From NCBI GenBank assembly GCA_963718915.1, contig CAVRAI010000017.1, positions 1 through 28,394 of the forward strand: DNA of 28,394 nt, written 5' to 3'. Origin of the DNA: an uncultured Chloroflexia bacterium (GTDB taxonomy: Bacteria > Chloroflexota > Ktedonobacteria > Ktedonobacterales > JADMIN01). The notes under the pieces are model-generated. The model saw nothing but the letters and a program-made list of their open reading frames with translations, was not told the DNA's origin and did not search any database. Within the stretch, counting starts at the first letter, position 1. Each line of letters begins with the position of its first letter. Positions 14,418 through 21,153 of this stretch are shown piece by piece. The position numbers and the translations under genes were made by a program.

Positions 14418-15656
14418 TCAGTTCGTCGTCTTGCCAAAGACGTATTTCGAGATGGTATGCCCGACGAAACCCTGAGCCGCTTTGAAAACCGGGGCTGGAT
14501 CGCGCCAGTCCATGTAATCGTAGCGCAACGGCTTCAGGCAGGAGGCGCAGAAGTCGGCCACCGCGCGAGCCGGTCGTGGTTGGCCGGGCCGGTTCGGCTT
14601 CGTCACCAGGTCGAATGTGGCACGGATGTCGCCGCCCAAATAGCGCATCCACACGCCGGGCCGGTACTGCTTCATGGGGTCGATTTTGTCGCCGCTCGCC
14701 CACTGAAACAACATGAATGGCACGTCAACGCCAGCGCTGACGGCGAGGTTGACATCTGCCGTCATCCGGGGATTGATCTCCATAAGGTATGGATGACCGT
14801 CATCGCCACGACGAAACTCAACCTTGCAGAATCCATCGAGGCCAATAGCGCGAATCAGGCGCTCAGCCTGCGCTCCGGTATCGTCGGGCGGCTCGATAAG
14901 CTGCCAGAGGACGGACGTGCCGCCGAGCGGCGGCTCCATACGGCGCGCCCACGTGGCGAAGCGCGCATAGATCGTGTCGTGCGCGTACATGAAGCTGACT
15001 GATTCGCGGCGGCCAAGCAGCAGTTGCTGAAAGGAGACCGTGGCGCCCAAACCAGTCAGGCGTTCGACGGCCGCTGCGGCTTCGTCTCTGGAAACCACCA
15101 GTTCCGAGACGACGCGCTGGTTGCCCTGCGACGACTCAGCCCACGACTGCATCGGCTTGACGACCGCTGGCAATCCGACCTCGTCGAGCGCTGCGGGAAG
15201 TTCATCCACGCCATGCAGGATCACACTGCGCGGCACATACAGCCCTAACTCCCGCGCCAGAGCAAGCGTTTTCTCTTTGTTCACCGCAAGCTCAAGCGCC
15301 GCTTCGTTGGCGAGGGCAAGCCCGACATGTGGACGGAGCCGCGCGCGCGCGCGTCGCAGGGCCTCGATGGTACCATCAGCCGCCGGAATCACGACCCGTA
15401 CACGATGCGTCTCCAGCAACTTTTCGACAAACGCGACGTAGGCGTCCGGGTCGGCATCGGGGTCGTCGCCCTGCTGTGGCGCGACAAATCGGTCAACACA
15501 CCAGCGTGACGAAAAGGCCGGGGCCGTCGCAATCGTGTCGGCGGCGGCAACACGCAAGCCCCAGCGGCCAAGCGAGCGAACGGTAGCCAGAGCCTGGCGC
15601 GCGCGCGCGTCGAGCATGAGCGCGTCATAGGGCTTGTTGGCGGTGCTCTTTGTCAC
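14418..15656 (-). CDS. ATP-grasp family carboxylate-amine ligase
   Basis: LPAVVKP (ATP-grasp lysine region), a glycine-rich loop region, and the PYLMEINPRMT motif (E-x-N Mg-ATP site). The overall size is about 410 aa, as in COG3919-type ATP-grasp enzymes. Confidence 0.85.
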   Translation of the reverse strand: MTKSTANKPYDALMLDARARQALATVRSLGRWGLRVAAADTIATAPAFSSRWCVDRFVAPQQGDDPDADPDAYVAFVEKLLETHRVRVVIPAADGTIEALRRARARLRPHVGLALANEAALELAVNKEKTLALARELGLYVPRSVILHGVDELPAALDEVGLPAVVKPMQSWAESSQGNQRVVSELVVSRDEAAAAVERLTGLGATVSFQQLLLGRRESVSFMYAHDTIYARFATWARRMEPPLGGTSVLWQLIEPPDDTGAQAERLIRAIGLDGFCKVEFRRGDDGHPYLMEINPRMTADVNLAVSAGVDVPFMLFQWASGDKIDPMKQYRPGVWMRYLGGDIRATFDLVTKPNRPGQPRPARAVADFCASCLKPLRYDYMDWRDPAPVFKAAQGFVGHTISKYVFGKTTN

Positions 15657-15771
15657 AGTGACCTTTCCTGGGAGGTTGTGTGGGGTAACGGGTTCATGAT
15701 CGTTGCGCGCCTTCTTTCGACTCTCTCAGCTATCGCCTGGCGCTCAATCATCATCGAGCGTACCATGCGCG

Positions 15772-16908
15772 TCAATAATGCGAGGGCGCGCCGTGCCGTA
15801 TGGTTGTTGCGCGAAGCACGCCGGGGAGTTTTCGCAGACGCGACAGGGCGAAGACGTGCCAGATACCCGCTGCCTGGGCCGCAAGCACGGAAATAGGCTC
15901 ATCGGGATCGGTGGAGATGCGCCGCAACAGGTGCGGCTCAGTGGTAGGCGTATTGTAGCCTGGGATCGTCGTGACCGCCCAGCGATAGCCGACCTCTCGC
16001 ACGGCCATCATCGCTCGCTCGTCGATATCTTCTCCCTTGCCGACCGGATACGCGAAGGCGGTTATCTGACGCCCCAGGCGCTGCTCGAGGGTCGCGCGGC
16101 ATGCGGCGACCTCATCGCGCACTTCGGCGGGGTCACTCAAGCAGGCAAGGATTGGGTGATGCATCGTGTGCGCGCCAAAGCTCACGAAGGGATTCGCCAG
16201 CAGCTCGTACGCCTCATCCCATCCAAACGGCAGGGTATCAGGATCGTCGCTGGTGGCGCCACCAGCGACGCCGAGTGCGGCGCGAGTTGACGTGATGACG
16301 CTCTCGCGCGCGCTGACCGCGTTCGCCGTGCGCACCTGGGCGTCAATCCACTGACGCAGGGCGCGCTGATCCGCTGGCCGGGCGAGCGAGTAGGTATGTT
16401 TCTCTACAGTCACCGCATTGTCGCGCGCGTCGCGAACCATCGCCTCGGCCTCGTACCACCAGAATCGCTGGCGTGATTCCATATATCCTGGGACGAGAAA
16501 GAGCGTGATCGGCACGCGAAGCTCGGCGGCAAGCCGCGCCGCGTGGGCATAGTTGTCGTAGTAGCCGTCGTCAAATGTAATCACCAGAGGGGTACGATGA
16601 TCGCGCTGCTGAGAAAATGGCGCTTCTGACGTGCTTTTCACTGTATCATGTGAGGGGAATCTATAGAGTTCCTCCAGGGCATGATCGAGCGAGATAACCC
16701 GGTAATGACGGCGTAGATAGCGGAGGTGAGCGCTCAGGTCGCCGATTGCCGCCCGGTGATAATTGAGAATGACGACATGCTGGCCCTGACGCCCGCGCCG
16801 ACGAACCCAACGCACCAGAGGCGTCAATCCGCTGAAGTAGAAGCAGGTCGCGACCAGCGTGAGGAACGTCTGGTATATCCGCATTCGTAATGGACTCCTG
16901 TGATGCAT
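15772..16908 (-). CDS. polysaccharide deacetylase (CE4) with an N-terminal membrane anchor
   Basis: TM segment TFLTLVATCFYFSGL, then VVILNYHR, LVITFDDGYYDNY (TFDD motif 1) and FGAHTMHHPIL (H-x-x-x-H motif 2). Confidence 0.9.
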   Translation of the reverse strand: MHHRSPLRMRIYQTFLTLVATCFYFSGLTPLVRWVRRRGRQGQHVVILNYHRAAIGDLSAHLRYLRRHYRVISLDHALEELYRFPSHDTVKSTSEAPFSQQRDHRTPLVITFDDGYYDNYAHAARLAAELRVPITLFLVPGYMESRQRFWWYEAEAMVRDARDNAVTVEKHTYSLARPADQRALRQWIDAQVRTANAVSARESVITSTRAALGVAGGATSDDPDTLPFGWDEAYELLANPFVSFGAHTMHHPILACLSDPAEVRDEVAACRATLEQRLGRQITAFAYPVGKGEDIDERAMMAVREVGYRWAVTTIPGYNTPTTEPHLLRRISTDPDEPISVLAAQAAGIWHVFALSRLRKLPGVLRATTIRHGAPSHY

Positions 16909-17040
16909 ACACGTCTGAGGGTCGCCGTATCACGTATAACGGGCGGGGTGAACCAGGGACTGGCAGATTGGGATAATCATCCCAGTCACGCCTGGTTCCT
17001 GTGTTACTACATCCGGTTGGACTGTTGTCATACGGAGGCA

Positions 17041-17100
17041 GGCCGGAGCGTGAACGCTCCGGCGAATTTCCATCCCGCTCTGGCCCATTCGCCGGGGCCT
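17041..17100. repeat. REP-like composite palindromic element (copy 1 of a family also seen at 19627-19783)
   Basis: Hairpin A is GCCGGAGCG-TGAA-CGCTCCGGC (17042-17063). The overlapping hairpin B is CCGGCGAAT (17059-17067) paired with ATTCGCCGG (17087-17095). The ACGCTNCGGCGAATTTCC...TCGCCGGGGCCTT core recurs at 19737-19783. Confidence 0.55.
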
Positions 17101-17362
17101 TTGGGCTTCCGGCACGCTCCCCACATACAACAACCCAGCCGGAATTGGTATGATTGCCAGCCGTGGGCCTCATGGGCAGCATCACGGGCGACATACGATT
17201 GGCCAGGTGAGTGACCCATCGCCAGTACCCGCGTTAAAATCTTCGAGTGGCCATAGCTCGCCAGCTTGATATGGGGCGGATCGCTTCAGCGGGCGGGAAA
17301 TCAGCCAGCCACATCACAGCGTCTCTCACCGGCTGCCTGGTACAGAAGAAGGATATGGCCGC

Positions 17363-18172
17363 ATGACCATAACGGCACGGACGACCCGCGTCCCTATCCT
17401 GATGTACCACAGCATCTCACGCTGCGAGAACCCGCGATTTCGCCGTTTCACGGTGACGCCCGAACGATTTGAAGAGCAGCTCGACTATCTCTCTACCCAT
17501 GGATACTCGCCGCTCACGGTGAGCGACTATGCGCGGCGGATGGAGGGTGAGCGCGAGTTGCCGCCGCGGCCTGTGTTGCTCACCTTCGACGATGGCTACG
17601 CCGACTTCTACACGGCGGCGCTTGCTCTCCTGCGGAAGTATCATGTCACCGCTACGCTCTATATCGTCACTGGCTACGTAGGCGAGACCAGCAGGTGGCT
17701 GGAGCAGGAAGGCGAGGCGGATCGCGCGCTCCTCACCTGGAGTCAGATTCGCGAGATCGCGTCAAGCGCAATTGAGTGTGGCGCGCACACCCATACACAC
17801 CGCCCGCTCGATGCATTGGCCGCCGCCGATTGCCGCGAGGAGATCGAGCTTTCCCAGCGCCTGTTAGCCGAGAACGTCGCTCCTCCGCACAGTTTTGCGT
17901 ATCCGTTTGGCTATTATTCACGCGCGGTGCGCGCGCTGGTACAACAGGCTGGCTACACCTCAGCCTGCGCGGTCCGCTATGCGCTCAGCTCGCCGCGTGA
18001 TGACCGATTCGCGCTCTCCCGCCTGATCGTTACCGCAGATACCGACCTGCCATCCTTCGAGAAGCTGCTGCTGTCAGGCGGGCGACAACCGGAGGCGACC
18101 TATCTGCGCGTGCGGTCCGCAGCCTGGGAGAGTGTGCGACGGAGCCGCCAGATAGTACGTCGTCATGTATGA
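17363..18172 (+). CDS. polysaccharide deacetylase (CE4), apparently cytoplasmic with no signal or anchor
   Basis: VPILMYHSI, LLTFDDGYADFY and CGAHTHTHRPL. The stop overlaps the next gene's start (ATGA, 4-nt overlap). Confidence 0.9.
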   Translation: MTITARTTRVPILMYHSISRCENPRFRRFTVTPERFEEQLDYLSTHGYSPLTVSDYARRMEGERELPPRPVLLTFDDGYADFYTAALALLRKYHVTATLYIVTGYVGETSRWLEQEGEADRALLTWSQIREIASSAIECGAHTHTHRPLDALAAADCREEIELSQRLLAENVAPPHSFAYPFGYYSRAVRALVQQAGYTSACAVRYALSSPRDDRFALSRLIVTADTDLPSFEKLLLSGGRQPEATYLRVRSAAWESVRRSRQIVRRHV

Positions 18173-19218
18173 GGAGTCAGATGGGAGCTGGAATGAGCCA
18201 AGGTGAACTCGACGTATCCGTGATTATCGCCACCTATACCGAGGAACGCTGGCAGCACCTTGTCAACGCGGTGGAATCGCTACGACAACAGACACTCCAC
18301 GTACGCGAGATCATTGTCGTCGTCGATGGCAATCCAGGTCTGCTTGAGCGCATCCGCCGGGAGCTTCCCGATGTTGTGGCGTCCGAGAACCTTGAACGAC
18401 CTGGCTCATCTGGAGCGCACAATACGGGAATTACCCTGGCTCAGGGCGAGCTGGTCGCCCTGCTCGACGACGACGCAACGGCTGACCCCGACTGGCTGGA
18501 GCGCCTGGCCGAACACGTGAGCAACCGCGACGTTATTGCCGCGGGGGGAAGTTCTATTCCAGTCTGGCAGCAGAAGCAACCGCGCTGGTTCCCGATGGAG
18601 TTTGCCTGGGTCGTCGGCTGCTCGTATACAGGAATGCCAGAGCAGGCCGAGGCTGTGCGGAACGTGTGGGCCTGCCTCTGCGCGCGGCGTGACTATCTCG
18701 TGCGCGCGGGTGGTTTTCGCGATGATCTGGCGCGCGTCGGGACACTTCCGACAGGCGGGGATGAGACCGAACTCTGTCTCCGTCTGGCTGAGATGATGCC
18801 CCAGGGGTATTTCATCTATGAGCCGCGCGCAAGTATCCATCACTTTGTCCCGCTGAGCCGCGCGCGATGGCGCTATTTCTTGAAGCGCTGCTATCAGGAA
18901 GGGAAGTCGAAAGCGCTGATAGCGCGCTATGTCGGCGCTCGCACAGGCCTGAGCACAGAGCGAAATTACACGGCGCGCGTCCTGCCGCACGGCATCTTCA
19001 AAGGGCTGGGTGATACGCTCTTGCATGGGGACATTTCTGGTCTCGCACGAGCCGGAGCGATTATGGCTGGACTCCTGACGACCACTGCGGGTTATCTGGC
19101 GCCAAAGCCCCGCGCGGGTAAGACCGAAGCAGGCGCCAGTACCATAGCCCAGCAAGACATGAAAGCCTCCGACATCGCCGTTGAGCAAGATGGCCATAGC
19201 CTGTCCGGGCGCCAATGA
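18169..19218 (+). CDS. family 2 glycosyltransferase (GT2, GT-A fold)
   Basis: VSVIIATYTEERWQHLVNAVESLRQQT, IIVVVDGNP and ALLDDDA (DxD). Confidence 0.9.
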   Translation: MRSQMGAGMSQGELDVSVIIATYTEERWQHLVNAVESLRQQTLHVREIIVVVDGNPGLLERIRRELPDVVASENLERPGSSGAHNTGITLAQGELVALLDDDATADPDWLERLAEHVSNRDVIAAGGSSIPVWQQKQPRWFPMEFAWVVGCSYTGMPEQAEAVRNVWACLCARRDYLVRAGGFRDDLARVGTLPTGGDETELCLRLAEMMPQGYFIYEPRASIHHFVPLSRARWRYFLKRCYQEGKSKALIARYVGARTGLSTERNYTARVLPHGIFKGLGDTLLHGDISGLARAGAIMAGLLTTTAGYLAPKPRAGKTEAGASTIAQQDMKASDIAVEQDGHSLSGRQ

Positions 19219-19344
19219 GCATGAGCAGGCATGCTGTTCGTCCGCATCTGGCGCCTCTCAATGAGATGTTGTTGTAGGGCGCGGTTGGCCGTAGCGTGAT
19301 GAGGTGTAAGAAATACCTCCGAACAGTGTGCTGGGGTGGGCATG

Positions 19345-19630
19345 CCGGAGCATGATGTGGTTTTACTAATTACGACGGACCGCCACGGCGGCTGGCGACT
19401 GAAGTCGCGCCTGAAGGGCCTCGCCTGCTGCGCCTGCTGCGCACGCTCCGCCACGACACCCGCCTGCGCGGGTTGCCCAGAACCGCTCGCCAGCGGGGAG
19501 CGCGTTGGGACACGATCTGGGAGTCCGCGACGGCGGACTTCGTGGCCGCAGGCCCCAAAGGCGCGGTTTGAACCGCCCGCGCTGCCCAGCGCATGTCCCT
19601 GGTAATTTCTAAAACTACATCATGCCCCGG
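19345..19630. mobile_element. MITE-like element: 36-bp imperfect terminal inverted repeats flanking a 214-bp GC-rich core
   Basis: The left arm is CCGGAGCATGATGTGGTTTTACTAATTACGACGGAC (19345-19380). The reverse complement of 19595-19630 is CCGGGGCATGATGTAGTTTTAGAAATTACCAGGGAC, matching at 30 of 36 positions. Weaker complementarity extends inward. There is no coding capacity. It lies between convergent genes. Confidence 0.4.
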
Positions 19631-19783
19631 CGAATTTCCCCCTCCGAATCACTCCTCCATTCGCCGTAGCGTTGACGCTACGGTCTGCCTCGCCCGCCAT
19701 AACGCGCGGTGTTCGGAAGAGACAGTGAACGTTCATTACGCTACGGCGAATTTCCCGCCCCACTCGCCGGGGCCTTCATACTC
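19627..19783. repeat. REP-like palindromic elements (copies 2 and 3) with shared CGGCGAATTTCC / ATTCGCCG / CGCTACGG modules
   Basis: - CGGCGAAT (19628-19635) pairs with ATTCGCCG (19659-19666).
- Perfect palindrome CCGTAGCG-TTGA-CGCTACGG at 19664-19683.
- CGCTACGGCGAATTTCCCGCCCCACTCGCCGGGGCC at 19739-19774 resembles 17055-17099. Confidence 0.55.
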
Positions 19784-19853
19784 CAGGACTCCAGGACATA
19801 CCCCAAACGACACCAAACGACACCATCTCACGCAAATTTGGTATAACCATCGG

Positions 19854-21089
19854 CTAGTCGCCTGGCTTCCACGTCCCGAGGTGGCGTTCGAGGATAGCCA
19901 TTTGGGGACGATCCTGGCCGGTATTGGTGGGTTCAACGGAGCTGATGTCGCCATAAGGGCCACCGTTCCAGTACGTCCCGCTGATCTGATGCTGATCGAG
20001 ATAGGCGAGGAAGTTGTCGAGGACGACATCCCACCGTGGATCGTTCGTGGGCGAGCCGAACGTGGTCTGTGCGTCCCCAGACGTCCAGCCGCCTGGAATG
20101 CCGTACTCGCCGACATAGCAGCGGAAGCCATAGGCCTGACACCACTGCACAAAGGGGCGGACTCGATCTACGCCCACCATAGGATATGCGCCCTCGTCGT
20201 CGTAGCTGCCAACGTACTGGCCGGAGCCATCGTGATCGAAGTAGATATGAATCTCATACCAAAGGTTGTTTACCGGATCATGATAACCCCGGAAGCCGTT
20301 TTGAAGATCGTACCCCGTGTTGCTCTCGTCCTCGGGCATGACGATGATGGGTTTGCTGATATCAATTGCCCGAATCGCATAGATGGCCTCTTGAGCATGG
20401 ACAGGCCACTCGGTATCGCTATAAGGCTCGTTCATCAGGTCATAGGCCAGAACGCCAGCATTGCCACGGTAATGAATCGCGAGCTGCTGCCAGACATTCG
20501 AGAAAGCTTTAGCAGGCGCCGCGTCTGACCCGACCGCGCTTCCGTCTCGCGCGGGATAGATGCCATGGTTGATGAGCGTAAAAATCACACACTCGTGGCG
20601 CGCGACCGCTTCGGCGACCAGCAAGTCCATCTTGCCCAGGTAGGTCGGGTCTAGCGGCCCCAGGAGGGTGGGCTGCAGATGTTCCCAGAGAAGTGGCACG
20701 CGGAAGGTTGTAAGTCCCTTCCTCCTGTAGTAGTCCAGTTGGGCGGTGGTCGGGAAGGCATCTGATTGACCCCACGCGCTTTGCCATGCGCCGAACAAGT
20801 TGACGCCGCGGAAATAGCCGGTCAGCGAGGGTGTGGTGCGAGCAGGGTATGGAAGCAGAAACGTATCGGCCGCATTGGGAGTCGTGATGTTGGATGGCCG
20901 ACCGGTGGTTACGCTGGCGTATGCGGCATGTGATGGGATCCGCGTGAGGGACAGCGACGCGAACAATGCCTGCGCGAGCAGGAGCAGCCCAAGGTGGATC
21001 AGCAGCAGGCGAATACGCGCTGTGCTAGCCCGCAGATGTGGGTCCAACCGGGTTGATGTCGCCACCCTTGATGTCGCCATAGGGGCCAC
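19854..21089 (-). CDS. GH5-family glycoside hydrolase (cellulase/beta-glycanase superfamily) with an N-terminal signal or anchor
   Basis: Signal-like RIRLLLIHLGLLLLAQALFASLSL, the acid/base motif YDLMNEPYS (NEP) and the nucleophile motif CYVGEYGIPGG. The start is GTG 21089 or ATG 21080. Confidence 0.85.
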   Translation of the reverse strand: MAPMATSRVATSTRLDPHLRASTARIRLLLIHLGLLLLAQALFASLSLTRIPSHAAYASVTTGRPSNITTPNAADTFLLPYPARTTPSLTGYFRGVNLFGAWQSAWGQSDAFPTTAQLDYYRRKGLTTFRVPLLWEHLQPTLLGPLDPTYLGKMDLLVAEAVARHECVIFTLINHGIYPARDGSAVGSDAAPAKAFSNVWQQLAIHYRGNAGVLAYDLMNEPYSDTEWPVHAQEAIYAIRAIDISKPIIVMPEDESNTGYDLQNGFRGYHDPVNNLWYEIHIYFDHDGSGQYVGSYDDEGAYPMVGVDRVRPFVQWCQAYGFRCYVGEYGIPGGWTSGDAQTTFGSPTNDPRWDVVLDNFLAYLDQHQISGTYWNGGPYGDISSVEPTNTGQDRPQMAILERHLGTWKPGD

Positions 21090-21126
21090 CGTTCCAGTAT
21101 GTCCCGCTGATCTGATGCTGATATCG
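21025..21126 (-). pseudogene. 3'-terminal fragment of a second GH5 paralogue (YQHQISGTYWNGGPYGDIKGGDINPVGPTSAG*)
   Basis: Hand translation of the minus strand. It parallels the GH5 C-terminus DQHQISGTYWNGGPYGDISSVEPTN. At the DNA level 21070-21122 matches 19944-19996 at 51 of 53 positions. It has no start codon or upstream coding sequence, and it overlaps the 5' end of the intact GH5 gene in another frame. Confidence 0.55.
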
Positions 21127-21153
21127 TATCAATTCGTATCAATTCGTATCAAT
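21124..21153. repeat. 3 x 10-bp perfect tandem repeat TCGTATCAAT
   Basis: TCGTATCAAT at 21124-21133, 21134-21143 and 21144-21153. It spans the GT2 stop codon (21149-21151) and abuts the GH5-fragment homology breakpoint. Confidence 0.8.

Noticed and set aside
13921-14703. 260-aa minus-strand ORF spanning the GH16 3' end and the ATP-grasp 3' end
   Set aside because: It overlaps two well-supported convergent genes (GH16 catalytic domain, ATP-grasp C-terminus), and its translation is Arg/Pro-rich junk.
18406-19215. 269-aa minus-strand ORF antisense to the GT2 gene
   Set aside because: It is a shadow ORF. The GT2 on the + strand has DxD and other GT-A motifs and is translationally coupled to the upstream CE4.
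19593-20528. 311-aa + strand ORF across the intergenic repeats and antisense to GH5
   Set aside because: Its N-terminal part merely mirrors the inverted-repeat arm, with the same VISKTTSC peptide appearing on the opposite strand ORF 19092-19454. The rest is antisense to the GH5 catalytic domain.
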